Positions 7,454 to 18,617 are shown, counted from the first letter of the stretch. The stretch is 27,040 nt of DNA from Chthoniobacterales bacterium (GCA_040004805.1 JBDUAE010000001.1:1-27040), one strand, 5' to 3'. Translations and numbers: made by a program. The notes: a model not told the origin generated them from the sequence alone.

Positions 7454-8711
7454 CGCGCTGCGCCGGCGAGATGCACCCCGTTACGTCGCCGAAGCCGATG
7501 CGATAGCCGTCGCCTTGCGCCCAGCCGGTAATGGTGAGCGTGTCCCCGTCTTCCAGCCATTTCCGCGTTTCACCATCCGGGAGCGAGAGCGGATTGGCCC
7601 CGCGCCAGGTTAATTCCAGCATGCATCCGCGAGCGCTGTCCTCCGGTCCACTGATCGTGCCACTCGCGAGCAAGTCGCCCGGTTGCAGATTGCAACCATT
7701 CACGGTGTGATGGGCAAGCTGTTGCGCCATGCTCCAGTAGAGATTCTGGAAATTTGTATGCGTAATCCGTTGCGGCGTAGTCATCTTTGTCGTCTGGAGA
7801 TGCGCTTCCAACTGGATATCGATCGTGAAATCGTTGCCCGCATGCAAATAAGGCAACGGTGCCGGGTCCTGCGCTGGAAGTGGTTTCCGGAACGGAGCCA
7901 GCGCTTCCATCGTCACCACCCAGGGCGAAATGCTAGTGCAAAAATTCTTCGCCAAGAACGGGCCAAGCGGCTGGTATTCCCACGTCTGCAAATCGCGCGC
8001 GCTCCAGTCGTTCATTAACAGCATTCCGAAGATGTGCTCTTCCGCGCGCTCGATCGGGATCGGTTCGCCTAACGAGTTACCCGGGCCGATCAGGAACGCG
8101 GTCTCGAGTTCAAAATCAAAACTCCGGCTCGCAGTGAAAATCGGCGCATCGGAATCGGGCGGTTTGATTTGGCCGTGCGGGCGGCGCACTTCCGTCCCGC
8201 TCACGACGATCGAACTGGCTCGCCCGTGATAACCGACCGGGAGATATTTCCAATTCGGCATTAACGCATTGTCCGCACCGCGCAGCATCGTCCCGACATT
8301 GTGCGCGTGATGGTAGGAAGAATAGAAATCCGTGTAATCGCCGATGCGTGCGGGCAACTGCATGATCACATCTTTCTGCGCGTGGAAGACCGCAGCACGA
8401 AGGGGCGGATCGTCGCGCAATTCCGCATTATCCGCTGCGAGTAAACGTTGCACGATTTCGCGCGTCTTTTTCCACGCCGGCCGGCCCAGCTTTAGGAAAG
8501 CATTTAGGGAATCGTGGGCGAAGATCGGATCTTTGCCGAAGCCTGCCGGCGCAAAATGTCCTCTCGCCTCGAGGAGCGAGAGATCCAGAACCTGATCGCC
8601 AATCGCGATTCCAACACGGGCCGCGCCGTCTTTCGGTTTAAAAATGCCGAACGGCAGATTTTGGATTGGAAAAGGCGAATCCGGAAGGACGGCGATAAAA
8701 GATGTGAGCAT
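7443..8711 (-). CDS. fahA: Fumarylacetoacetase
   Basis: FPIQNLPFGIF, IGDYTDFYSS, PVGYHGRASS, DFELE, NDWSARDLQ.WEYQPLGPFLAKNF, GDLLASGTISG. Confidence 0.95.
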   Translation of the reverse strand: MLTSFIAVLPDSPFPIQNLPFGIFKPKDGAARVGIAIGDQVLDLSLLEARGHFAPAGFGKDPIFAHDSLNAFLKLGRPAWKKTREIVQRLLAADNAELRDDPPLRAAVFHAQKDVIMQLPARIGDYTDFYSSYHHAHNVGTMLRGADNALMPNWKYLPVGYHGRASSIVVSGTEVRRPHGQIKPPDSDAPIFTASRSFDFELETAFLIGPGNSLGEPIPIERAEEHIFGMLLMNDWSARDLQTWEYQPLGPFLAKNFCTSISPWVVTMEALAPFRKPLPAQDPAPLPYLHAGNDFTIDIQLEAHLQTTKMTTPQRITHTNFQNLYWSMAQQLAHHTVNGCNLQPGDLLASGTISGPEDSARGCMLELTWRGANPLSLPDGETRKWLEDGDTLTITGWAQGDGYRIGFGDVTGCISPAQRVSS

Positions 8712-8716
8712 AGGAA

Positions 8717-9631
8717 TTAAAGCAGTTGCAACGCGCGCAAATCCTCGCGCGGTTCATCGAAGCTGCAGCTACCAAAAGACGTCACGATTTTCCGGTGCAC
8801 TGTGATGCGTTCAGTCGGGATCTGCCACGTCGTCCAGGTGAAGCCGTCTTCATCGAAGGAGAACCCGGACGGGTCCTCATCTTCCAGCATGCGAGCGGTT
8901 TGCTGAACATCCCAATCATGTTCCGCGGCCATCACCCCCGCGCCCAGGACGTTTACGAAGCCGTGCATTTTCGCCTGTACACTCGGATGAAATTGCCGAA
9001 TCGGATGGTGCAGGCCGGCGGTAAATTTGATCGGCACCTGCTGCGAAACCGCGGCCACCAACGCCCGCGCGATCTGGATCGACGATGGAAACGCGGAGGC
9101 GATGACGCCACCGGTTCGCAGCTTAAAGCCAAAGGTGTCGAAGCTGGGCGCGCGTTCTGCCAGGAAACCGATCGTGCGCTCCGCTTCATCCGGAGCCGCC
9201 TCCCAAAACGTCGCCAAGTTGAGGTCGGCTAAAAGTGCATTCGCGTCCGCCAGGTGGACGCCGGGTTGGGACGGGAGGGCGACTTCGATTTGGGTGACGA
9301 CAGCGCTCCTGCTTTGTCGCGTGTTAAATTCGTGGATCGCGGTCGCCCCTTTTTGGAGCGCATCCATGAAATGCGTGGCGTTTTCCGTCTTGGCGCCGAG
9401 AGCGGAGACGCGCAGCCGGTGATTGCCAGAGAATTTCGAAAGCAGACCGGACGCTTCTTCGAACTTCGCGATTGGAAGCACGAACGCTCCCAGCATCCCG
9501 GCATCCTGATCGCGCAAATAAGCCGCCTGATTCCGCAAAGCCGGCTCGAGCGCCAGCTTGGTGGGCGGAAAGAGGCCGGCGTAGTCGATCGCGCTCGCGA
9601 GCAAAGCCTGAAGAGAGGCGGAGTTTTCCAT
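8717..9631 (-). CDS. Conserved hypothetical probable enzyme (DYAGLFPP / KLRTGG / KFTAGLHHP / HGFVN / SFGSCSFDEP family)
   Basis: 304-aa ORF with 3-nt and 5-nt gaps to its neighbours; enzyme-like conserved blocks; no function assignable. Confidence 0.85.
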   Translation of the reverse strand: MENSASLQALLASAIDYAGLFPPTKLALEPALRNQAAYLRDQDAGMLGAFVLPIAKFEEASGLLSKFSGNHRLRVSALGAKTENATHFMDALQKGATAIHEFNTRQSRSAVVTQIEVALPSQPGVHLADANALLADLNLATFWEAAPDEAERTIGFLAERAPSFDTFGFKLRTGGVIASAFPSSIQIARALVAAVSQQVPIKFTAGLHHPIRQFHPSVQAKMHGFVNVLGAGVMAAEHDWDVQQTARMLEDEDPSGFSFDEDGFTWTTWQIPTERITVHRKIVTSFGSCSFDEPREDLRALQLL

Positions 9632-9634
9632 TGG

Positions 9635-10576
9635 TTAGGCGGACCGGAAACCGATTCGTGGAGTCATTCCAAAAGATCGCCGCAATTCGCCGCCCGCCGC
9701 GATCACGTGGATGCCTTCCTTGTTCTCGAACAGCCGTTGCTCATCATGATCCGTTAAACCCCAACATGGTTCCACGCAAAGAAAGGGACCGCCATCAGAC
9801 CACAGGGTCAGATAAGGAGCTTCGCCGAGATCGAACTCTACCGTCCGTCCGCTGGTCACGTCGGCAAAATGAAAAACCCGCTCGGGCACGTCCAGCATTT
9901 CCACGATAAAAGATCCCGGCAATTTTGATTGCTCGACCGGCATCCGCCCGCCGCCGAAGAAAAATTGCTGGGTGTCATGCGCGAGATAATTATTTGGAGT
10001 TAAAAAACGACGGTAACTTCCCGCCGGCATCGTGAACGAGAAGGGCGCTCCTTCTGTGCTCGCAAAACCGGGATGCAACCCGAAGCCGACGTGCGCGGCC
10101 AGCTCCGGTTCATGATTCTGAAACGCGAAGCGCACCCGCACACTTTCTCCGCTCAGCTGGTAGGTCAGCGTGAGCGAAACGTCCAACGGATATTCGGTCG
10201 CCGAGAAATCCGCTTGCGAAATTTGGTAGATGAGCTGGCCATCACTCACCGCGCTCGCGTCGAAATGCCATTCCTTCCCGCGCAAAAAACTGTGCGTGCC
10301 GCCGATGATTTCCGCTCCGCGATAAAGACTGTGGCCATCCTTTAGCCGATGCAGGAAGTAACCCATGACCGTGGCGTGATTTGCCCAACCTTGCGCTGCG
10401 GGCGTGATGTCATCGTCGCGATGAAGAAAGCCCTCCCAGTCATCTCCGCGCCGCCGCGCCAGGCTGATCATCTCCGCGCCTAAACGCGAAACAACGATGC
10501 GGAGTCCCGCTTCGTCGTTCGTCAAAACATCCAGGACCCGCTCGCCGCGTCGTTCCTCGCGATACGAGAAACTCAT
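9635..10576 (-). CDS. Aldose 1-epimerase / galactose-mutarotase-like protein (LacX-like)
   Basis: GGTHSFLR, GFGLHPGF and FLCVEPCWG place the His, His and Glu residues typical of the mutarotase fold. Confidence 0.8.
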   Translation of the reverse strand: MSFSYREERRGERVLDVLTNDEAGLRIVVSRLGAEMISLARRRGDDWEGFLHRDDDITPAAQGWANHATVMGYFLHRLKDGHSLYRGAEIIGGTHSFLRGKEWHFDASAVSDGQLIYQISQADFSATEYPLDVSLTLTYQLSGESVRVRFAFQNHEPELAAHVGFGLHPGFASTEGAPFSFTMPAGSYRRFLTPNNYLAHDTQQFFFGGGRMPVEQSKLPGSFIVEMLDVPERVFHFADVTSGRTVEFDLGEAPYLTLWSDGGPFLCVEPCWGLTDHDEQRLFENKEGIHVIAAGGELRRSFGMTPRIGFRSA

Positions 10577-10581
10577 CGCGC

Positions 10582-11844
10582 TTACGGAAACAATCCGCGC
10601 GAGTGTTTGGCCTTCATCACCCGCTCGACCCCGATCGCCATTGCCGCGGTCCGGTGCGAGACTTTATGGTCTTTCGCACGTTTGATCACTTGCGCGAAGG
10701 AGTGCTGCAGAATTCGGAAGAGCTTGTCGGTTACTTCCGATTCCGTCCAGGGGAAGCTCTGCAAACCCTGCACCCATTCGAAGTAGGAAACGATTACGCC
10801 ACCTGCGTTGCAAAGAATGTCCGGGATGACGAAGACTTCATCCCAACGCTCGTTCAGCAGCAAGTCGGCTTCAGGAGTTGTCGGGCCATTGGCGCCTTCC
10901 GCGAGGATACGGCACTTCAATTGGTCGGCGTTTTTTTCCGTAATTACGCGGTCGACTGCTGACGGCACGAGGATGTCGCACTTCATCGTCAACAATTCGT
11001 TCGGATCGACCCGGTCCGCTTCCATGAAGGAGCGCAGGTTGCCCTTCTTCATCACGTGCTGATCGGCCGCTTTCACGTCAATCCCCTTCGGGTTGTAAAG
11101 CGCCACCGTCGCGTCGCTGATTCCCACCACCTTCACGCCCACCTTCAGCGCCAGCGCCAATGCGGCAACCGAGCCGACATTTCCGAAACCCTGCACGATC
11201 GCGGTGCTTTTCTCTCCATCCATCTTCAGTAACTCCATCGCGCGCTCGATCAGATAAACGACGCCGCGCCCGGTGGACTCGCGCCGGCCTTCGGTGCCGC
11301 CGATCGTTACCGGTTTTCCGGTCACGATTTCGTTCACGGTGTAGCCTTGGAAGATCGAATACGTATCCATGAACCAAGCCATGATCTGCTCGTTCGTGCC
11401 CATATCCGGGCCCATAATATCCGTGTGCGGACCGACGAACGGAATCATCTCCTGCATGTAGCGCCGCGAGACACCTTCCAGCTCCGGGCGGGACAGCTTC
11501 GTCGGGTCACACGCCACGCCGCCTTTGGCGCCGCCGTAGGGTAAATTTGCCAACGCGCACTTCCAGCTCATCCACATCGCCAGAGCGGCGGTCTCGCCCA
11601 TGGAGAGGGTGGGCGCGAACCGAGTGCCACCCTTCGTGGGGCCAAGGGTGAGATGGTGCTGGACGCGATAACCTTGGAAGGTCTGCGTGGTGCCGTCGTC
11701 CATATGCACTGGCAGCGTTACCGCCACCGCGCGCTTTGGATACATCAGGCGATCGCGATCGTTTTTGTCGATTTCCAGGTAGTCGGCGATGACCTGAAAC
11801 TGGTCGCACGCCATCTGAAAGACTTCGTCGTGGTAGATAGTCAT
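10582..11844 (-). CDS. gdhA: Glu/Leu/Phe/Val dehydrogenase, most likely glutamate dehydrogenase
   Basis: GYRVQH, GPTKGGTRF, YGGAKGG, PDMGTN, RESTGRGV, QGFGNVG, EGANGPTT, PDILCNAGGVIVSYFEWVQ. Confidence 0.9.
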   Translation of the reverse strand: MTIYHDEVFQMACDQFQVIADYLEIDKNDRDRLMYPKRAVAVTLPVHMDDGTTQTFQGYRVQHHLTLGPTKGGTRFAPTLSMGETAALAMWMSWKCALANLPYGGAKGGVACDPTKLSRPELEGVSRRYMQEMIPFVGPHTDIMGPDMGTNEQIMAWFMDTYSIFQGYTVNEIVTGKPVTIGGTEGRRESTGRGVVYLIERAMELLKMDGEKSTAIVQGFGNVGSVAALALALKVGVKVVGISDATVALYNPKGIDVKAADQHVMKKGNLRSFMEADRVDPNELLTMKCDILVPSAVDRVITEKNADQLKCRILAEGANGPTTPEADLLLNERWDEVFVIPDILCNAGGVIVSYFEWVQGLQSFPWTESEVTDKLFRILQHSFAQVIKRAKDHKVSHRTAAMAIGVERVMKAKHSRGLFP

Positions 11845-11996
11845 AAAGCGGGATCCGGCGCGGAAAGGGCCGGTCAGAATTCAGGTGGTATTAGCGCTCG
11901 GGTGCACGGAGCCGTCAAATCGAATATGAAAGCACTTCCCACCGGCAAAGTCTCGATTCTGGCCAAGTCGGTAAAATTCCATTCTAATCACGCCCG

Positions 11997-13112
11997 ATGC
12001 ATATAGAGACCTTGGCCGTTCACGCGGGACACGCTGTCGACTCGACCACCGGTGCGGTCGCAGCTCCGATTTATCTTTCCACCACTTTCGAACGGGGATC
12101 CGACGGAAATTTCCCCAGCGGCTTTGTCTATTCGCGGAGCGGCAATCCAAACCGGCAGGCGCTCGAGACCGCCATGGCAGTGCTCGAAGGCGGAGCCGAC
12201 GCCGCGGCCTTTAGTTCCGGCCTCGCCGCGACCGCCGCCATCTTCCAAGCTCTCCGGCCGGGCGATCATGTCATCGCGCCCGCGGAAGCGTATCATGGTG
12301 CGCTCCGACAGCTGCGCGAGATTTCTGTTCCGTGGGGCTTGCAAGTCGACTTCGTGGAAATGAACGACCTCGCCGCCGTTTCCGCCGCGATTCGTCCACA
12401 AACGAAATTGATCTGGACCGAAACGCCCTCGAATCCGCAACTCCGCATCACCGACCTCGCCGCCATCGCGGAAATCGCCCACCGCTCCAGCGCCCTCTGC
12501 GCCTGCGACAACACTTGGGCTCCGATCGTACAACAACCGCTTTCGCTCGGAGTCGACCTCGTCGTTCACGCCACCACCAAATATATCGGTGGCCACAGCG
12601 ACGTGACCGGTGGCGTCGTCGTCGCGCGCGCCAGCTGCAAAATTTTCCCCCGCCTCCGTGATATCCAAGCTCTTTCCGGCGGCGTCCCCTCACCCTTCGA
12701 TTGCTGGCTCGCTCTCCGCGGCCTCCGCACTTTGCCGTGGCGGATGCGCGCGCATTCCGATAATGCGCTTCGGGTTGCCGAGTTCCTCGCCGGCCATCCG
12801 CAAATCGAACGCGTCAACTATCCCGGCCTAACAAGTCATCCCGGCTACGAGATTGCCTGCCGCCAGATGAGCGCCTTTAGCGGCATGCTCTCTTTCGAAG
12901 TGAAAGGCGGACGCGAACCCGCGCTCGCCGCCGCCGCGAAGGTCCGCCTCTTCATTCGCGCCACTAGTCTCGGCGGCGTCGAAAGTCTCATCGAACACCG
13001 GGCCTCCGTTACCGGCGAAAGCCCGAACACGCCGCAGGGTTTGCTCCGCGTTTCTGTCGGTCTCGAGCATCCCGACGATCTCATCGAAGATCTCGCGCAA
13101 GCCTTAAAATGA
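11997..13112 (+). CDS. PLP-dependent transsulfuration enzyme (cystathionine gamma-synthase/lyase family); exact reaction not assignable
   Basis: YSRSGNPNR, FSSGLAA, ETPSNP, DNTW, HATTKYIGGHSD (PLP lysine), SLGGVESLIEH, LLRVSVGLE. Confidence 0.92.
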   Translation: MHIETLAVHAGHAVDSTTGAVAAPIYLSTTFERGSDGNFPSGFVYSRSGNPNRQALETAMAVLEGGADAAAFSSGLAATAAIFQALRPGDHVIAPAEAYHGALRQLREISVPWGLQVDFVEMNDLAAVSAAIRPQTKLIWTETPSNPQLRITDLAAIAEIAHRSSALCACDNTWAPIVQQPLSLGVDLVVHATTKYIGGHSDVTGGVVVARASCKIFPRLRDIQALSGGVPSPFDCWLALRGLRTLPWRMRAHSDNALRVAEFLAGHPQIERVNYPGLTSHPGYEIACRQMSAFSGMLSFEVKGGREPALAAAAKVRLFIRATSLGGVESLIEHRASVTGESPNTPQGLLRVSVGLEHPDDLIEDLAQALK

Positions 13113-13133
13113 TCCGCGGAAACGCTCTCCCCA

Positions 13134-14726
13134 TCACCGCCCTAGCTTCCGCCTCACAACGCTCGCGAGATCCTGCAATTCTCCCACCCGCAGCAGAAAA
13201 GCCACCGCGAAAAATACCAGCCCGCCAGCGCTCACCGTCGTCAACACTCCGACGAGCCTCCAACTCATTCGCTGCACCACGCCCGCCGGAAAAAAGAAGT
13301 GTAGCCCGGCCCAGCAAACCGCGCCGAGACACGCTCCCGCCACCAATAATTTTCCCAGCGTCAGCAGCATGGCGCCTGTCTCCAGCTGGCCGGTGTAGCG
13401 GCGCATCATCGCGTAGAGCAGGAGAAAATTCACAACCGCGATTACGCTGGTCGAGAGCGCCAGCCCCTGATGCCCCAGACCCATCCGGAACGTCAGCACA
13501 TAATTCAGCCCCGCATTCAACGCGATCGAAAACAGGCTCACCAACATCGGCAAATTCCGTCGGTCCAGCGCATAAAACGCCGGCGCCAGCACCTTCACCG
13601 ACGCATAACCGACCAGCCCGATCGCGTAAAAACGCAACGCCCCTGCCGTTTGCAACGTCGACGCCGCCGTAAAACGCCCATGTTGATAAATCAGCCCGAT
13701 GATCGGCTCCGCTAAAATGATCAGCCCGATCGCCGAAGGAATCGTCAACAGCATCACCAGCCGCAGCGCATGCGCCAGCGCCCCGCGGAATTCCGCCGTA
13801 TTTCCCTGCGCCGCGCTGCGCGAAATCAGCGGCAACGTCACCGTCGCCACCGCCACCCCGAAAATTCCCAGCGGCAACTGCATCAGCCGAAACGCGATAT
13901 TCAGCCAGCTCACCGCGCCGTCGGGTAAATAAGAAGCAAAGATGCTGTTGATCAGCACATTCACCTGCACCGCGCTGGCCGCGATCACCGCCGGCCCCAT
14001 CAACTGCAAAACCTTCCGCACCCCCGGATCGCGCCAACTAAAATCCAGATGAAAGACGTAACCCAGACGGAAGAGCGACGGCACCTGCACCGCCAGTTGC
14101 AAAAACCCGCCCACCAGCGTTCCTAACGCCAGACCGACAAGCGCCCGCGACCCAAAGGTGGGATCCAGCCACCAGGCGAAAGCCACTCCGCCCACGATCG
14201 ATCCCAGGTTAAAGAAACTCGACGCCATCGCCGGCACCCCGAACACGTTCCTCGCGTTCAACATTCCCATCACCAGCGCCGCTAGCGACACCATCAGGAT
14301 GAAGGGGAACATCACCCGCGTGAGGAGGATGGTGAGGTCCATCTTGGCCGGATCGAATCCCGGCGCCAGTACGCCCACGAGCGACGGTGCCAACACCACG
14401 CCCACGAGCGTGACTGCGCTCATAAACACCGTCGTCAGCGTCGCCACCTTGTTCGCCAAACCCCAGGCCGATTGATCGCCCTCCGTCGCGATCTTCTTCG
14501 CAAACGTCGTTACAAACGCAGTCGAGAGCGCCCCTTCCGCGAAAAGATCGCGCAACATATTCGGCGCGCGGAACGCGGTCAGAAAGGCGTCCAGGTTGCG
14601 GCTCGCGCCAAAGAGCGACGCGATCACCATCTCGCGCACTAATCCCAACAACCGACTACACAGGATCGCCACGCCCACGACCCCCGTCGCGCGCGCGCTC
14701 ACCCGCTGATTCCCATTCGCCGCCAT
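13134..14726 (-). CDS. murJ: Lipid II flippase MurJ (MviN)
   Basis: SRLLGLVRE, AFRAPNMLRDLFAEGALS, RLMQLPLGIFGVAVATVTLP, AFYALD; about 14 TM segments. Confidence 0.96.
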   Translation of the reverse strand: MAANGNQRVSARATGVVGVAILCSRLLGLVREMVIASLFGASRNLDAFLTAFRAPNMLRDLFAEGALSTAFVTTFAKKIATEGDQSAWGLANKVATLTTVFMSAVTLVGVVLAPSLVGVLAPGFDPAKMDLTILLTRVMFPFILMVSLAALVMGMLNARNVFGVPAMASSFFNLGSIVGGVAFAWWLDPTFGSRALVGLALGTLVGGFLQLAVQVPSLFRLGYVFHLDFSWRDPGVRKVLQLMGPAVIAASAVQVNVLINSIFASYLPDGAVSWLNIAFRLMQLPLGIFGVAVATVTLPLISRSAAQGNTAEFRGALAHALRLVMLLTIPSAIGLIILAEPIIGLIYQHGRFTAASTLQTAGALRFYAIGLVGYASVKVLAPAFYALDRRNLPMLVSLFSIALNAGLNYVLTFRMGLGHQGLALSTSVIAVVNFLLLYAMMRRYTGQLETGAMLLTLGKLLVAGACLGAVCWAGLHFFFPAGVVQRMSWRLVGVLTTVSAGGLVFFAVAFLLRVGELQDLASVVRRKLGR

Positions 14727-14845
14727 TGGCGAGGAAGAACGAGCGCGCCGCCCACTTTGCCAAGAGAAAAACTCGACTCCGGCGCGGCCAGGGCATATCG
14801 CCGCAATTGCAAGGCGAAATTAGCCGACAGCGGATTTGGGAGACG

Positions 14846-14918
14846 TGGAGCCTAGGGGGTTCGAACCCCTGACCCCCGCAATGCCATTGCGGTGCTCTAC
14901 CAACTGAGCTAAGACCCC
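14846..14918 (-). tRNA. tRNA-Ala(GGC), 73 nt, CCA not encoded
   Basis: GGGGTCTTAGCTCAGTTGGTAGAGCACCGCAATGGCATTGCGGGGGTCAGGGGTTCGAACCCCCTAGGCTCCA: anticodon arm CCGCA-ATGGCAT-TGCGG, G3:U70 alanine identity pair, GTTCGAA T-loop. Confidence 0.97.
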
Positions 14919-14979
14919 GTCGAAGACCGGCAATTTTCGACGCCGGCCCATCTTTTGCAAACGCGAACTTCCTCGCCGC

Positions 14980-15795
14980 CTAGCGAGCCACGATCGAAAT
15001 ATTGCAGCGCTCCGCCGCCGCCAGAAGCTCGGCTTTTTCCAGCAACAAGGTGCGGCCCGCCTCCACTGCAACCACGCGGATTTTTGCCTCAGCCGCAGCT
15101 GCAATCGTGGCCGGCCCGATCACGGGCACATCGAAGCGCATATCCTGGTTGGGCTTGGAAGATTTCACTACGACGGCGCCTTTTCGCCCGAGCGCGCCGC
15201 CTCGCTTCATGGCTTCGTTCGTTCCTTCAAAAGCCTCCACCGCCAGAACGGTGCCGTTCTTGACGACCACGGTCTGCCCGATATCGAGCCGGCTGACTTC
15301 CTTCACAATCTCAAATCCATAGGCGACATCCGCTTCTTCCCGGCGGCTGAGCGCTCGACCGGCGACCAATCCCGCGGGCGCGAGCAAGTCTTCCAGGAAA
15401 GTATAAGCCGGCAGCAGCTCAACCCCGGCCTGAGAGAGATCGTGCGCGATCGCGCGGAACAGGCTTTCTGCGTTGCGACGCTTCACCCGCGCCAAAAGCA
15501 GAAGCGCCTTCCAGTCGGGCCGGAGATCGAAAAGATTCTTCGGCGCGATCTGGCCCGCCATCATCGCGTGAGTAACTTTGCTGTGGCGGAAATAATTTAA
15601 GAGCCGCCCGAGCTGGCCCACGCGGAGCCACTCGATTTCGTCCACCGCTTCTGCGAGTTCGGGCCGAGTTTCGCCGGTAAACGCCGCGGCCACCAACCGC
15701 TTCACTCCGGCCGAACGCGCCGCGCGCGCGAGCAGCAGAGGATAAGCGCCATTGCCCGCGATGATTCCAAGAGCGTCGGGCGTTTCCACAACCAT
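14980..15795 (-). CDS. lpxI: UDP-2,3-diacylglucosamine hydrolase LpxI (DUF1009 family)
   Basis: LGIIAGNGAYP, DIGQTVVV, LAVEAFEGT, QDMRFDVPVIG, VEAGRTL. ATG at 15795 is preferred over the track start at 15810. Confidence 0.9.
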   Translation of the reverse strand: MVVETPDALGIIAGNGAYPLLLARAARSAGVKRLVAAAFTGETRPELAEAVDEIEWLRVGQLGRLLNYFRHSKVTHAMMAGQIAPKNLFDLRPDWKALLLLARVKRRNAESLFRAIAHDLSQAGVELLPAYTFLEDLLAPAGLVAGRALSRREEADVAYGFEIVKEVSRLDIGQTVVVKNGTVLAVEAFEGTNEAMKRGGALGRKGAVVVKSSKPNQDMRFDVPVIGPATIAAAAEAKIRVVAVEAGRTLLLEKAELLAAAERCNISIVAR

Positions 15796-15822
15796 GAAAG
15801 AGCGCCCCAAGGCGCGTGTCGG

Positions 15823-16229
15823 CTAATGCCGCCGGCGTTTTACGTGCAACTGCGCCAGCGCCTTCTGCAAAGTGGCTTGGATCGCGGCCACCTCTTCCGC
15901 GCCGTGATCTTCCTTCATCGCGGCCTGCGCTCGGGCGACCGCTGCTTCCGCCACGCCTTCATCAATGTTGGAAGCTTCCAACGCGAGGTCGGTCAAAACC
16001 GAAACCGCGTCCGCTTTTACTTCCACGAAGCCTTCGCCGACCGCGAGGAAAGTCTCCTTACCGCCCTTCAGCACCCGCAACTCGCCCGGCTTCAATGTCG
16101 TCAAGAGCGGGACGTGATTCGGATAAATGCCTAGTTCGCCCTCGGCACCCGTCAGGGTAACCATTTCCACGTCCTCAGAGTAGGCCGTGGCATCCGGTGT
16201 AACGATTTCGAGACGGAGAGTCGCGGCCA

Positions 16230-16230
<1 letters not shown>
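15823..16230 (-). CDS. atpC: F1 ATP synthase epsilon subunit
   Basis: LEIVTP, GELGIYPNHVPLLT, AVGEGFVEV; TAATG overlap with the atpD stop. Confidence 0.95.
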
Positions 16231-17651
<1,421 letters not shown>

Positions 17652-18527
17652 TTAAGTGCCGACCGCCATTTGTGCGGTCGAGATTTCGAGCAGCTCGGTC
17701 GTGATACTGGCCTGGCGCATTTTGTTGTATTCGAGCGTGAGATCCTTGATGAATTGCTTCGCGTTGTCGGTGGCGCTTTTCATCGCCACCATCCGCGCGC
17801 TGTGCTCGGAGGCGCGCGCGTCGAGGATCATCTGGAAAACCTGATATTGCAGATAGTAGGGCAGCATCACGTCTAGAACGCCCTCGGGTGACGGTTCGAA
17901 AACATATTCACCCATTGAATCGGCATCGGTGGCGACGGAGCTAGCAGAGTCGGCTTGCGCGACCTCAAAATTGGAAATCGGCAGCAGCGTCCGCACCGTC
18001 GGCTTTTGACTAATCGTGTTGACGAAATGCGTGTAGAGCACCGAAACGCGGTCGATTTCGCCGCTGAGAAACTTCTCAGTCGCGAACTGGGCGATAGCCT
18101 TGGTTTCTGGAAAGGAGGGCGCGTCCTTCAATTCGAAGTCGGCTAAAATCTCACGGCCGGTCCGAACGAGAAACTGTCGCGCCTTGCGTCCAACGACCAC
18201 GTAAACCGCCTTCTCCGCCTCAAAACTCGCGACTTCGCGAAACAAATTCGTGTTCAGCGCGCCCGCCAGTCCTTTGTCGGTGCTGATCACGATCACGAGT
18301 TCCTTCTTCACCTCGCGCACCTGAAGAAGTGGGTGGAGTTTCGGATCGGTCCGTTGTTGCAGTGAAACCAGGACGCGGTTCATCAGCCCAGCATAGGGTC
18401 GACCCGCGATCGCGTGCTGTTGCGCCTTGCGCATCTTCGAAGCCGCGACCATCTGCATCGCTTTTGTGATCTGCGCGGTATTACGGATCGATTTGATCCG
18501 GCGCCGGATGTCTTGCGTATTGGCCAT
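17652..18527 (-). CDS. atpG: F1 ATP synthase gamma subunit
   Basis: ITKAMQMVAASK, DKGLAGALN, SEHSARMVAM, YNKMRQASIT.E. Confidence 0.98.
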   Translation of the reverse strand: MANTQDIRRRIKSIRNTAQITKAMQMVAASKMRKAQQHAIAGRPYAGLMNRVLVSLQQRTDPKLHPLLQVREVKKELVIVISTDKGLAGALNTNLFREVASFEAEKAVYVVVGRKARQFLVRTGREILADFELKDAPSFPETKAIAQFATEKFLSGEIDRVSVLYTHFVNTISQKPTVRTLLPISNFEVAQADSASSVATDADSMGEYVFEPSPEGVLDVMLPYYLQYQVFQMILDARASEHSARMVAMKSATDNAKQFIKDLTLEYNKMRQASITTELLEISTAQMAVGT

Positions 18528-18617
18528 TCCTTAAGGTCTCTTATTCGCCGTGGGAGCCATGAAATTTGAGGTCAAATTGCGACTTCAAGTCCGGCGCGAG
18601 GGATTCGACGAGCGAGA

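Noticed and set aside
11845-11996. Divergent promoters for gdh and the PLP enzyme
   Set aside because: Candidates (TTGACG-N17-GCTAAT, and TAAAAT without a -35) are too weak to call.
11988-14037. Alternative-frame ORFs 11988-12668 (-), 13081-14037 (-) and 13109-13672 (+)
   Set aside because: They overlap the clearly real transsulfuration enzyme and murJ genes, and have low-complexity Gly/Arg/Ala translations.
2031-14829. Shared 11-mer ATTAGCCGACA at about 2031 and 14819
   Set aside because: Matches of this length are expected by chance in 27 kb.
14846-14918. tRNA-Ala as an integration site
   Set aside because: No duplicate of its 3' end was noticed in the window, there is no integrase, and both neighbours are housekeeping genes.
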